Shown here: positions 1-14,165 of the stretch, in pieces | How positions within the stretch are numbered: position 1 is the stretch's first letter | Layout of the letters: each line of letters opens with the position of its first letter | The notes under the pieces: model-generated | The model's input: the letters and a program-made list of their open reading frames with translations, nothing else | The model's database searches: none | What the model was told of the DNA's origin: nothing | Assembly (NCBI RefSeq): GCF_000181795.1 | Contig: NW_003526945.1 | Span: 2,859,493-2,923,492 of the forward strand | Length of the DNA stretch: 64,000 nt | Reading direction: 5' to 3' | From: Trichinella spiralis | Taxonomy: Eukaryota | Made by a program: the position numbers and the translations under genes

Positions 1-2020
1 ATAACTGCACATTCCCATTACGGTTTTCATTTTCTAAAAGCACCAGTTGATTAGCGAATAGAAGAAGAATACAACTTTGATGAAATTCGATTATTAATAT
101 TAATTAGGCTTTAGATTTAGTGATCGGTATTTGTAAATGAATAAAGTAGAAATTTGAAAGTGATCATTAGCAGTGAAAGGATGAGTTGAAAAATGAAAAA
201 ATGGAAAATTATTCTCCTTACCTTCTTCTAGCTGGCACAGTTCTTGTCGCTAAAAGGGTCTCACAATAAACTTGAATATTTTTTCTCTTCATGTCTTTGC
301 TTTGTTTTAAAGTTAATATTTTAAAGTGTTCATTTCACGTTTAAATTTAAACTAAAACGTGTTCTCTTTAAAGGTTTTTGGCAAATCCGTTTACAATGCT
401 CATTATGTTAATATTTATAATTTATTTTAAAAGAGTTTTTCAATTTTTGAATACTACTTTTGCAAATTCATTTCTAATTGTTATAACATGCTGATTTCCA
501 TAATATTTAAATATTTTATAATATGTGATCTCAACCCAATGATTCCAGTTGCTGAACGTTTGCTTAATGAATTTCTTCTTTAAGCATGGTTTATTGATGT
601 GCTTCAAATACAATTGTTTCTAGCAATTCATCATTGATTTAAAAAGCGACCAATTTAAAGTAATTTGAAATAATGATGTGGGCAGGTGGTTTACCTGTAA
701 TTAATCTATTCATTGATATTTTAATTAATATTCGTAAATAAGAAAAAGAATTTATTTAAACATTGGAAGACAATTTTGTGACTTCCATGTCAATGCAAAC
801 TTATTCTCTATTTATAGTTAAGTTACCGTATTGATGTTAAATTGAAAGAATATGAAACGCATTCAACACGAACTTTGGCACTCAATTTTAAATAGAATTG
901 CATGAAATCAATCGCATTTCTATTTTACGATTCAGAATGCCAGAAGATATTTACTCATCCTCAGGGAAATCACAACCGCTGCATACCACCCGCTGTCGAT
1001 TTGCAGTTTTAACAAATTCACAACACACTTGACACTGGTGTTCATTATTATATGATTTCCTGAATTCTTGAAATTTACATGCTAATTTGTATGCCTTAGA
1101 TAAATTTTTTCGAAGTCACTTAACGCTTATTATGCTATTGCTATAGAAAATGAAAATGGCCATTCCGCATAATGACGACTGATAATAAGCAGCATAATGA
1201 ATATTTATAACGTAGCGCAATATCTTTGCTTATCAGCTTCATTCTCAATTCTTTTAAGAGATATGTATGCAGTGGCTGTACCAAGACCTTTCCAGTGGAA
1301 AACCAGATGAACATCCATAAAACATGTATGTGATTCCGTATACGTTAGTACCAGTATTTGATCATAAGTCACTGTCAATTCGAAACGCACCAAGGAAAGT
1401 GGAAAACAGCATGCATCGCTCAAAAAATATACGAGTAAGCTATACATCTTTTAATTAAATCTTAATACAATAAGTATTATTGTTGGAATTGAGATATTGA
1501 TGTCTCAGTATACTGACATACACAAATTTTAATGGAATATATTGTTATGTGAAAAATATAATCCCATTACATCAGCTTTTATGTATTTTATTCAATTTCA
1601 TCTTATTTTATTAATTTTTGAATAAAACTGAGAGATTAAATCATTTACACGTTCAATTGTACTGTAACAAATAAAGAAAAGCTAGGAGCAATTCATAAGA
1701 GACTGAAAACGTTTCTTCCTTATGAAATGTAAAATTTCATTCAAAACACTATTAGAATAATTTTTTATCAATATTTATTATAATTTATGCTTTTATTCTG
1801 TGACAACTTTTTCATTTTAAAATTTTGTTTCGATGACGTTCTAATCGACAATATACGACAATAAATATACGATACGATATATACAATATACGGCAATATA
1901 CGACAACAAGTACGTTTTTGTACAACGTCCGAACAGGTTTGTAGTGATTATCTCATTTTTTCTCCATCGAATGAATCATTTTCGCAAACTTAAAATTCGA
2001 CTTGGAAAAANNNNNNNNNN

Positions 2021-2613
2021 GTGTATGATGGAAAATGTGTTTTGTTTATTCTAGATTAAATGTTAAATAAAATTCATTTTGAAGGGTATGTGCCGGAACT
2101 TCGCAAGACCGTATGGAAATATTTATTGGGAATGTACCAGTGGTCGTGGACAAAAGAGCAGTGTGAACAAAAGCAGTTGGATTTTGAACAGCGATACCTT
2201 CGCCTACGAGAACAGTGGCAACTGGTCGATGAGGATCAAGCTAGTCGTTGGACTGATTTTCGCAAATACAAAGATTTGATTGGTTGGTGATTTGTTTTTT
2301 ATCCTGTGAACTATTATTGCCTCTTTATCGTAGTTTTTTATTTGAAGAAAAGGATGTTGCACGTACCGATCGTACGCATTCTTATTACGAAGGAGCGGAG
2401 AATGCGAATTTAACATTGCTGTCATGTTTATTGATGACATACATGATGTATCACTTTGATTTGGGTACGAAGTTGAACAATTGACTTGAGAATTCGATGA
2501 TAAATTTTATGGACTGTATAAGTTTAATTTTTGTGCTTTAGAAATAATTTACATATTAAGAATTGATACTGTGCTCATTTGTTAAAAAATGCATTTTATG
2601 AAATGCGTTAAGT

Positions 2614-2654
<41 letters not shown>

Positions 2655-3190
2655 ATATAAACAGGTTATCTGTTTTGCATAGGATACGTACAAGGTATGT
2701 CTGATTTGTTGTCGCCGTTGTTGATGATTTTTGAAGACGAAGTGGATGCATTTTGGGCGTTTGTTCATTTTATGGAAAAGTCAGGCACCAATTTTGAGCT
2801 GAATCAGAGCAGCATCAAATCGCAATTTTGTCAGCTGCGATGTCTTCTTGATGTGGTCAATCCAAGGCTCAGCGAATATTTGAGTAGCTCAAATATTAAT
2901 TTTCAAACGGATTTGTCCATTTTGATTTGTACATTTTCAGAAAGCAAAGATTCTGGTGAGATGTTTTTTTGCTTTCGTTGGCTTTTGGTGTTGTTCAAGC
3001 GAGAATTTACCTTTGACGACATCTTTCGCCTTTGGGAAGTGAGTATTTTTGTACTTTCACAACAAGCGGTGGTGTAGTTGTTTAAAAAAACTCTACATCG
3101 CTTTGCATTCATATGTTTTGTACTGAGGTTCTGTATTCTTTTCTTTTCTTACAGTAAATAATTGATTGTCATGTTTTATAAGATGCTGTA
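2021..3190 (+). other. Partial near-identical duplicate of the TBC1D15/17-like gene (central exons), bounded by N gaps
   Basis: Matches ~29493-30668 almost base for base (same ORFs ...PELRKTVWKYLLG..., MSDLLSPLL...FCFRWLLVLFKREF). Flanked by 10-N gaps at 2011-2020 and 3191-3200. Differences are small indels and substitutions near the ends plus TA-repeat length. Confidence 0.85.
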
Positions 3191-6100
3191 NNNNNNNNNN
3201 AAATGTTTAGCAATGGATGCAGCATGCTTGAGATGCAGGACTGAGTCGGTCGGCATGCCTAGGGAAATAGGGGATAAATCAGAGCCAATGAACCAATCGC
3301 AACCGACCAGATCTTAGCTATGCACTTGTGAAACAAAACAGGTCAAAGAGTTGTGACATATTCCGGGCTTCTCGTTGTCTTTGTCTTTTCTTCTTGTCTC
3401 TCTTTTTCTCTCAGAGGAGGAGGAGGAGGAGGACGTGGTCGTCGTCGAATCAGCTTGCTGTGCAAACAGCTTTTCACCTCTGCTGGACACAAGATTTGCA
3501 TCCCGTAGAGAAAATTGCACAAATCACGTTGACAGGTGCTCAGCCAATGGTGGCGCCGTGGTCAACGTGACGACTACAAAAGACAAAAAGAAAAATATTC
3601 AATATATTTCCACTGCACAATAGCATTCAATTGAGCACAGAATTTGGTATAAAAGAAAAGTTATTATTATTTTTGAATTTTTCAATTTCATGTCATGTGA
3701 TGCGTGTGTGTGTGTGTGTGTGTAATGAAATACTTTACTGATAAGAAAGAAAGCACTGCGGTATAGTTGAAAGGGCAGATTAATCCGCTTAACATTAATG
3801 CTTGACGGCATTCTTTACGCGTTCGGCCAACCGTATTCAATCAAAATTGCATGAATGAAAAGGCGCATTGTCCAACCGGCGCCGTCGGTCCGTTTTGAAC
3901 GGTCTTGCTCTTATTATCTTGCCACGCGTGAAGTGAAGCTTTAATTTCGACCGAGAAAATGAAGCTGCCTATTGTTCACTGCTATTTATAGAATATTCGT
4001 CGATAAAAGTTCGAAGTGGAAATTTCTTACATCAAATTTATAATACAAATACAGCACGCTTCACAAATGCAAATCCACACTGACACACACACACACACAC
4101 ACACGAATGGAAGGTTAAACAATTGTTCATTCTGAAAGTGATTCAATTTTCCTTTTGTACTGCTTTATAGAACAATAATTTTGCATATAAACAAACTTTA
4201 ATTGTAAACTAAACACTCTGTTTTCCCCAAGTCATGATATTAGTGAAAATTTTAATTATTAAATAATTAATTATACAATCATTTCAAATTATTGCTTGAA
4301 CTCGAAGTATGAAAATTCATTTTTCACTTGTCACCGATATGTCAAAATAAAGCAATTGCAATTTATTCTCTTTTCACATGCCGAACATTGAAAATGAAAG
4401 ATTATTATTAATATAACTTTAACGTTTTATAATTATCTGATTAATGCTACAAAAGTTGTATTTAATATTGTTCATAGCACTGAGAATCTGTTTTTCGCAG
4501 TTTTGCTTTTGTTGAAAATTCATTTTGTTGTACATCGCATCCCATCAGCATTATTCGCTGCATTAGGTGTTTGTTTGGAACAATTGGTTACATCAAATAT
4601 GCACATCTTCTAATGCTATCTGAATTGGGTTGCAATAAATTATGCCAAAACTTTTCATAAAAAATTCTCAACTGTTCGTAAGGAAAACAATAGCTTAATT
4701 ACATTTGTGATAATAGCATTTGGTTTATATATATGGCATTGACAATTTTTCATTTTTGACTGTTTTTGTTCTATAATTTATGCTAATAATAAGCTCGTAT
4801 TATTGGAAATTTTATTCTGCACAGTGGCAATGGAGTGTTCATTTCATCTTATCTGATATGATTTGTTGTGAACTTTGTTAATGAATGGGTAAGTGATCAA
4901 AAATTAAGTTGAGTTATTTTTGACGACATGGAGAAGATTCATTATTTGAAAACAGCTTGCAAAATTTCGTTGCAATAGCATACAATAGTTGTCATTACTG
5001 TCGTAAACTCAGCCATTTGGCATATTCTTTTCTAAAATTATCATAATTCCATTATACTTGCTTTCATCAGAGCAAAATAATATTCAGCAGATACATTTGT
5101 ATTTATTTGTACACATTTTTATTACTGTTAAAAATGATAATTTCAAGTGTCATATTATAATTTTCCTTCATATTGGCTTTGTTCATATTAGCAATGATCC
5201 AGTTGAGAGAAAATGAATAGTATTGAAAGTATACTATTATGCTAATTGTGCTCTTTTCAAATAATGAAAATTGGGTCCAAAAAGTACTTACCTAGAAGCG
5301 TATAAGAAACAAGCATGGCACGTTTATGTAATTTATCAACTTATATTTAATCAATGTATAATAATTAGCAATGCTGTACAGATGTTGTACTTGAAGTTTT
5401 CATGATAAAGGAACCAAATCAAATGGCAAATGGTAAGCGAATATCAAAAGCGCTTCCGACTGCACTGCAAACGTCAGTTTCTTTTATGAACAGCCGACAG
5501 CTTCTGAAAATCACACCTAGCCAGAATGAGTACACAAGAAGTTGCAACGAACTGATTTGTAGGCGGCGTTACGAACATTAGCTCAGCATTAGACAAATAC
5601 GTGCAAGCTTAGCTAATTGACTGATAGCAATGTCGACAAGCTTTGCCATAATTAAAGCATGACTACTTAATTTTCTTCCAGCAAAAAATTTATACATTTT
5701 ACCAAGGAACGCTGGTTAAGTTTTATCTAATTTGAATATTTCACGGTGAACTTTTGATTAAACCTACCTCTTCAACCATGTTAAAAATGATAATGGCACT
5801 TTTTACTTATTCTTTTGAATTTTAAAATTTTAACCATAAACTATTATTCTTTGATTTTATTATAAAAGATGAAGTGTTCAAAATCAATCATTTTCCAAAA
5901 TATCAAATGAGCTAAAATCATGGACAACTAGGCTGTAAATATTGAAAATAACTATTATTTGTGGAATAAATCAATTATTTATGCAAATTTTGACAATTTA
6001 CTGAAATTGAATTTTTGAATTTTTGAACCGGAAAAGCTTAGAAAATTGAAGCTTGAGCATGCACTTTCAGTGTTCAACTGACAATTATGGTTCATTATAA

Positions 6101-9100
6101 GCATGAATAATACCAATAAATTTGACAGCTGTATGTATTTTGGTGTATGCTTGAAAAATTATTTTGCTTTTGACATTTTGCAATTTCAGTTGTAAATATT
6201 TGAAAAATAAATAAACATGGTTTAGCATTAATTGAAAGATTTCATTACTGATCAAATCGACGTTCTGCTTTTCTTCTACCGCTAGGCAATATCAGTGATG
6301 ACTTTGGGTTAATTTTTCAGCTTTTATTGCTAAATGTACTGTTTTATTTGTTGTAAAACACGAATTAATGCAACAAATATGACAAGGAACACAATTTTTT
6401 GTACTTTAATTTATTAGTAATAAACACTTTCTTTAAATCATCAAACAGTTTAAAATAATGTTTTGTTATAAAAAGCATTGTTTTTAGACACAGGCAATTT
6501 ATTTTTCGAAATATACTGACTTAACTTCATATCTAATATGAATTATCTTGAGACATGCAGTAAAATAATAATTACAATTGTACCGCAGAATGCAGCAGTC
6601 GTGTAATAAATTTGTAAAAGTTAGAAAGCATTTCACGTTATCACGTTTGGAAAAAATATTAATTTGAAACTTTTGTTAAAAGCTAATAGATTTTAAAAGA
6701 TGCAATTACAACGTTTAATTTTTTGCATTGCGGCATGTTTTTTGTTCTGTTGCAACATTTGCAACAATGTGTGACGTTGGAATTATTCACTAATAGTATC
6801 CGCTGAATCTTTGTCATTACATCCAACACATTTGTCAAGCTTGAAAAAAATCTTCTTCTCACTTGTTATGAACTTTTTGAAGTTACCAGACTAGTGTAGC
6901 TTCTACTTAGGAAACTTTGAAGTCTAATGGATCGCTGTTTTATAGCGAGATGTTAAGTGAAGAAGGAAGTGAATTTGGTATTTATGGGCAGCTGCTTGGA
7001 AATTAGGAAAACTGATTCCATCCATTGTTAAATCTATCAAAAGATTACTATTATATAAAAAAATTATTGCATCTTAGTGTGAAAAAAGTTAAATTATTAA
7101 AATTTCAAACTGGTTGTTATGCTAATAAGTGTTTAATAATCAGTGTATTTATAGAAAAAGTGAAGTGAATGCAAGTATTAAAATTAAGCCATTATGAAAA
7201 CATCAAATATTAACGTATAATATCATATAATATATTGTAATTTTTATAAATAGTCTTTTTTAATTGAAAACCAATATCTTTCCATAATTAAAAGCATTTA
7301 TTTCCTCGTTCAGATGTCATGAAGATGCTTTACAGAAAGATAATAAAGCAGTCTGTAATAAATGTAAAAAAATAAGCTGTATTAAGCAAATTACAAAATT
7401 ACTATATCACAAATGGTGAAAAATGCTATTTGAATACTTTGTACACTTTGTGCTTTTTTATTAATACAAATTTGTAACTATTAAATAATTTGGTTCAGCA
7501 GTTATGTATTACTGTATTTTTAACTGAAAACTATTTATTTGCAAATTAAAATTCTATATATTTAAAGTTTCAATGCAACTGAATAAAGCATAATATTAAA
7601 GCACCTGTGAACACTGTTTTACATCCTAAAACAAATTTACAAAATGTTCACGAAATAATAAATAAGGAGGAAATCAGAAGAAGCAACATTGAACAATTTA
7701 TGAATTTTAATATATTATTCAACTGCACGCTTTAATTAAAACAGTCCTATGATTAATGAACTTAATCTGTAAGAGAAAAAAATTTTAACCTGAATTAGCT
7801 TTAATTTTGCGATAAACTTTGGCAAATTATTGTTCATTTTGCTAAATTCTAAACATCTTGGTCTTGTCATATTACTGAACATCTCCTAGCTGTTTTTCTC
7901 ATTTATTTGCATATTATTAAATTAATTTGCACCGACCGATTAGAGATTCGCTACGCATGAATGGGTTGACGTTCTAAGATTTATCACAGAACATTCATAT
8001 TTCATTGCACTGTTTAGATTAAGTTTAATTAAAATTATCTGCAATGAATCACTTGCGTTATAAAGTATGTCTTCGTTGGTTGTTCTGTTTACTGAAATTT
8101 TAATTCGTCCAGTTATGGGTAATGAACCACTTTTGATAACCGTGCTTGAATGTTTGCAAGCATCGTTTATGTCAGTTATTAGTTATTTATAAAATTAAAT
8201 TTTCTTGAAATTTTCATCATGAAAATCTTACGATTTTATAACATCTTTAAATGACTCTTTAATCTTTTGCATATTATTTGAAAATGGAAATTTTTTCCCA
8301 TTAGCATGCTTTGTAAAGTCAAAAATTATTGAAAGGATAAACAATTTTCTTCTTGTGTCATGTGTTCTTGATTAATTGGAGTGCTTAGGCGATAAACTAT
8401 GAGTAAAAGTGGGAAAAGGACAAAGAGCATGTATGTAAGTTTGAATATTGCATTGCATGCATCTTTTGCATTTTTACTAATATGTGCGTCTGCTCTGATC
8501 GACCACTTTTTGTTTTCAGGTACATGATTAGAAAATTCAAATAATTAAATATTGAATTGCAATTTTCAAATCAAACGATTCTTCTTCCTTCTGATAATTT
8601 CAATTTCTGATTATTGGACAATAATCTAAGGTTTCTCTGCTTATCCATTATGCTTGTTTGTTCATCGTTATTTCTCGATCAAATAACTGAAAAGCATTTT
8701 GCCATGCAACAGGAAACGGTCAGATGACAACAAACAGTTAGTTTGATTTGTTAATCCTGATGCATCTTTATAAATGCTCTGCACTTTGATTGATTAACAT
8801 GAGCTGTATGTAAAAAACATTTTATTCAGTATTCATTTTTAGCAGATAATAATGAAATTAGCTTTAATAAGAGCCCAAGGAATGCTATGTATTTGCGACT
8901 ACTTCATTAATGAAAAAACATAGTGTAAGTAGGCAGAAAACTATGCTTCACAGCATCAAGTTGGAAATAGAAAAATTATAAACTGCAATAAGACTGACAA
9001 ATATTATAAGAAGAGCTCAGGGAGAGCTATTTATGCAAAATTTTAATTTCTTTCATAGAATTTATTCAAAATTTAGCACATATTTAAATGTATATAATGA

Positions 9101-9589
9101 CTGAGCAATCACATTTGCAATGCTAATTTTATGCGATTTGGTTTTCATATTCTTCATCATCAGTTTTATAATCATGCTAAAATAATTTTATTAAAACAAA
9201 TAATTTTTCAATCGCCTTCCACTGTTAGTCTGCTGTGTGTATTAGAAATTAATTTTTATTGCATACAGAGTAAAAATTGCAGAGTCATTACAAAATATAC
9301 CTCTTTCATAGACTGCCAGCCATATTGCATGAATAAAGGAAATAATTTTCAACATAATATCATTCAAAACAGTAAAAAAACAAATCAACTTTGCATAAGA
9401 TGATAACAAGCAAATTCAAAATTATTATTACATGATTTTATTTTAATAAAAAAGTCTGATCATAATAGATCCGTAAAAATTGAATTCCATTGTTTTATAT
9501 TGGTGGAGAAATAATTTTCATCATTTATTAATAAAAGCAAATGATTTATACTGCTGCTAGAAAGAGGAAAGACAGACAAGAGAAAGTAG

Positions 9590-9955
9590 TTACTGATTAT
9601 CATTAAATGGTGGATTCGGTGTAAAACTGAATCGAAATGGTCCATCATCGGAGCGCATTCTTTCCAATTGACGAGTTGTTCGTTCCCATTTCATCATATG
9701 ATCCAGTAAGCTGACCGAATGAAGAAGATTGTCACCTAAGTGGCTGCTGCTTTGTCTTTTACCAATGGAATCTTGCTTAATCAACGGCCATGGTCTTTTA
9801 CCGTAACTTTTAATGCGACCAAGTCTGGTTGGGAAATTTTGTAAAATTTTCTCCACATCCATATCAAGCTGTTCATCTTTCATGTAAGAATAGAAAACTG
9901 TTTGCTGCAAGATGATATTCATCAACAGCAGGTAACTAACAACCTGGACGGCCAT
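9590..9955 (-). CDS. Putative secreted neuropeptide/prohormone precursor (121 aa)
   Basis: ATG-initiated ORF with higher GC than its flanks. Hydrophobic N-terminus (MAVQVVSYLLLMNIIL...) and three Gly+basic amidation/cleavage signals: PTRLG-R, KSYG-KR, DSIG-KR. Confidence 0.55.
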   Translation of the reverse strand: MAVQVVSYLLLMNIILQQTVFYSYMKDEQLDMDVEKILQNFPTRLGRIKSYGKRPWPLIKQDSIGKRQSSSHLGDNLLHSVSLLDHMMKWERTTRQLERMRSDDGPFRFSFTPNPPFNDNQ

Positions 9956-11898
9956 AGTGAGGCGTAGTCGTCTCAGCTTGTTAGCGATGTTGAACTTCGA
10001 CTGCCAATAAATAATGCTGCCAATGATTCTCCTTGTAAATGCTTATGACTTGTTATCAATTAGATATTTATATATAAGTACAGTTTTTATTCTTGCCATA
10101 AAATTGCAAAGTAAAACTTATCTTTTTCTGTTTAAAATTTTTCTTTTTACTACTTTCCACTGCACATTATTCGAATTAATTAAAATTTTTGCGCTCCTCT
10201 TTTTGCAAAACGACTTTTCTATTATCTGCTTAATATAATCAGTACTGCTGTGTAATTGCGTAAGTAGCTATCAACTGACTGCTACTATAATTATAAAATT
10301 ATGCTTTGAACTTGGTGAATCTAAGAGAACAGTGGTGTTCTTCTACCGTATCAGCTTGAGAAAAACAATATTTATTTACCGAATTGCAAATGTAATGAAA
10401 CAATGTGCAATTTTAATAATCATCTGAAAATGAAACTGCAAAATTTTTCTTTTCTATGCAATTTTTTTTATAACTGTACTTAAAATATAATACGTAGTTG
10501 CGCATCTAAGTGAAATTTTTACACAGTGATAATTCCCAACACTTAATCATTTACGATCAATAATTTTCAAATGGAACTCAAAATATGTAATAAAACTTTA
10601 TTTTTCAGGTTTGTTAGTTTGAATGTATTTTCGAAGACAAACTGGTAAATTATTTCAAATCGGTAATTCATCTATGATAATACTGGTCATAATTCAAAAA
10701 ATGTTTTTCATGTTCATTTTAAAAATTTATTTTAACACTTTCTGCGTCAAGTAGATTAGTGAAAAAAACACAGTACCGTTGTATGATTTTAAAATGTAAC
10801 TTGTCCGTCTAATTTACACTTATTACGAACATTTTGTAGTAATGTCTCTTTACGGTTTGTTATTTTATTTTGCATCATATAGAACTGAGGAATGTGATCA
10901 TTTATTTAGATTCACTGTGAAAAGAGTTTTTGTTAAAATCACAAAACTCATCTACGCTTCCGTAAATCGTGACGGCTTAAAAGGAAAATGGGACAAAATT
11001 GAAATATCCATTTGACATATTATTTGAATATAAAATTGATAAATCTGTTGAACTGAAATAATATGAAATTAATTTTACATTACTAGCAATATTTTATTAC
11101 TTCTTAACATCATGCAGCATGTTTGTTATTATTCCTTTTGTAATTGGCATTAATTGACAAAGACATTGATAACTTGCAATATTTAAGTTCTCATTACTGG
11201 ATAATAAAAATTAATTATTATATATTAATAATTTTTTCTTCAAAAATGAAACACATTATTCTTAAATTGTCATTTTATAATACTGTCCAATTAAAATGAA
11301 AATGATGCAAGTTCTACTTCAGACGATTGAATCAATGGCAGCTGCTATTAAATACACGTAAGGCTGTTTTGCGATAAAATTATCATCATAAAGTATTAAT
11401 AAGACATATCAAAACGTTTGAAAACAATTCAAACAATTCGCACAACTAAATACAGTAAATTTGAGATAAAAAAACAAAGAAGAAAATTTAGATTTATTTT
11501 TGAATTTCCATCTGAATCTTTTGAATAAATATAACATTTTTAACAAATATTAAAATTAAATTTTTAATAGTACAGCTTCTGTTCTGCTAAAATATGCAAA
11601 AAAAAGAAAACCACAAACGAGTGGACAATTCACTAGAATACTGTCTGTTTTTTGATTGTAAAGATTTTGTCAGCCTTTATTTTAATAAATATTTATATTA
11701 TTTGATAAAACATATTTTGTGTGAAAAAAGAATTAAAATTATTTTTAAATTTAAAATGCGCAATTCCTCAATTTGGTATCGCAATTAGACTTTTTCATTT
11801 TAGCATCGTGATTTTCCGAAAGATACAGTAATTTGTACGAAATCAAGGTTGAAAAAAGTTTTCTTTCAGACTGCGGTTTGAAAGGGTTTTGCATTATC

Positions 11899-13315
11899 AT
11901 GGAAGATAATAATTCTGATTTGCTTCCATACGAATATGAAGAACTTGATAATAACTCAGAAGAAGAGGATATTGGAAAAATAAAACGGAACATTTTGTCC
12001 AAAAAAGGTAGATTTGAATTTTTGCATTTTTCAAATTGTGTGCTGATCTGAGTATTGATCAGGCGACAAGGGTGAGAAAAGCGATGATGCTAATGAAAGC
12101 AAGATATCAAAATTGTTCGACGAATCGCATGCGCTTACAACCAGGCGAAGAACAACTGTACCGCATGTGAAGTTGAATGAAGCTAGGTTTGTTAGTCATC
12201 GATCATCGAGTAGTATAGTGGTTTTGTTCAACACATGTTCAGATTAACTGGACCATCCGGCTTGCCTGCTCTTGCAACACTTTATTCAAACTTCAATCTA
12301 AATGTTGGCAAAGACGAAGTTAGGAAACATCATTGTTCAATTTGTTTTTTTAAAAGTTATTTTCATAATTTTTACAGTTTTCCAATTTGAATGCAGTGAT
12401 GCATAAAATGGAGTTGTGGGCACATCAACTTTATCCGAGCTTAAGATTCGATGATGTGTTGGAACGTTTGGAAAAGTTAGGGCATAAAAAAACCGTACAG
12501 GTTTGGTTGATTTAAAATATTTGTTGTTTTTTAAGTGAATTTTAATTTTAAAACTGTTCTTTTTTTGCAGACATTTCTCGCAAAGTGTCGTGAAGATGCA
12601 TTTCGCCATGGCAGCGACAGTAGCGAAGGAGAAGCGGAAAATGAAGAATTAAGTTTGAAGGATTTATTTTTTATGGATGCCAATAAGAGCAATAATTACA
12701 ACGATCTTTCCAACGCGAAAAACGAAGTGGAAAAAACAGAACAAACGCAAGTAATTCTTTTTTATGTAATTTATTGTTCAATTGATTCAATTCAATTCTT
12801 GATGAAGCAGCTTCATGTTGCTTGCTTCATCGTGCCAGTAAATTTATTCTGCTTTTTGATAAAAGTATTATTTAATGAATTAATTTGCAATTTGCAAATT
12901 TTGATCAATGTTTCAGCTGACGGAAGAACAGCTAGCTCGAATCGAAGCCAATCGACTTCGTGCAAAGCAGTTGCGTGAACAGAAGCAGGTCCAATTTGTG
13001 AAAAGCGGTAAATAATGCTATTTTATAGATAATTTTATATCAATTCATGAACGTTATAAATTGTCTTTGCTCTTATAGTTGATTTTGTTGACAAGAGGGT
13101 GATGTCAGAAGAAAAGACAAATTCTGATAAGTGTAATTTAGCAATTTCTGTTTGTTGAGCTTTTCTGCGTTTGTGATCTTTCGAAATTTCACTCAACAGG
13201 CGAAATTGCTCACGATGCCGCAGGAAATTCCGATCATAATGTTCAACCGGTCAATATTTCTGGAGGAGAAATGCTTACCGAAGCTGAAATTATGGCAGAA
13301 CTGGATTCTGACTAA
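11899..13315 (+). CDS. TIPIN: TIPIN / Swi3 / Csm3 replication-fork protection protein (multi-exon)
   Basis: Manual splicing of GT-AG exons gives KLNEARLTGPSGLPALATLY...DEFSNLNAVMHKMELWAHQLYPSLRFDDVLERLEKLGHKKTVQTFL (Swi3 domain). An acidic N-terminus and a C-terminal LTEEQLARIEANRLRAKQLREQK helix resemble TIPIN, the latter its RPA32-binding motif. Stop TAA at 13313-13315. Confidence 0.85.
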
Positions 13316-13456
13316 AATTATTCATTTCTCTTTGCCCACATTTGATATTATTTTTTGTTATGAAATTTTGCTGCTCTAAGTGCTGTCTGTGTACTTACTT
13401 GGCTGTATAAGTTTTACACTATCGTCATCGCGGGCATGAAGTGGGATGATTTAAAT

Positions 13457-14165
13457 CAGAGGTTCTCGAACTTTAACGTAAATTGACGGAAAATTTTTCG
13501 CCACCCACCGATTTACAATGCATACTTTAAGAGACAAGGGGATTTAACAAAAAATATTAGTTTAATAGTTCAAAATTTTTTAATAAATAAACCTAATTAT
13601 AATGTATAAGTTTATTAGTTAAATGCACAATAAGATGTATGCGAACAGTGGGCTTGTTTTCTGTTTTCACTGATGACTTCTTCGACGTCCACACTAACAC
13701 GTATTAGTTTGAGACGCAAGATGTTGGATAATTGTAACTTACTTCGAAATTTACTTTTAATTTCAATCATTGCTGAGCAACATTTTTAATGTTGCGGTAG
13801 AAACAGTTGGATATGTCTTTTAAACCGATAGCCAAAACTATTATTTAAATTATTGAAATTATTATTTACGATCAAAATTGCTTTTAAATGAAGAATCTTC
13901 AGACAAATCGATTAATTATCCATCTGCATTTGTGCATATGCCAGTACCGACAACATCTGTGTGCTGTGGGAAACCGGACAGAAATAATGATTCTCAGGTC
14001 ATCAACGCTGAATCAAAGTTTAATTTTTCACCCAACAATTTTCGATGTGTAAAACTTTTCTAAAGAACATAAAGACAACTCCCGTACTTTAATACTTTAG
14101 GCGAGCCACACAAAATCTGCTAATGACCCACAAATGGGTCGTGACCCACACTTTGAAAACCACTG
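13457..14165 (-). mobile_element. Internally deleted hAT DNA transposon (Buster/Charlie type)
   Basis: Imperfect TIRs CAGAGGTTCTCGAA ... TTTGAAAACCACTG and an 8-bp TSD ATTTAAAT (13449-13456) / ATTTAGAT (14166-14173) with central TA. The minus strand (~13840-13620) encodes decayed FWLSV*KTYPTVS..LKMLL and AMIEIKSKFRSKL...LRLKL...KQAHCSH, typical of the Buster transposase C-terminal dimerisation domain. Confidence 0.85.

Noticed and set aside
1846..1905. Degenerate CAATATACGA-like tandem repeat
   Set aside because: A short, irregular minisatellite with no unique spacers. It is not CRISPR-like and has no evident function.
3201..3623. Short ORFs and a possible minus-strand exon (MPTDSVLHLKHAASIAKH) next to the gap
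   Set aside because: No recognisable domain, truncated by the gap, and the ORFs are driven by GAG repeats. Insufficient support.
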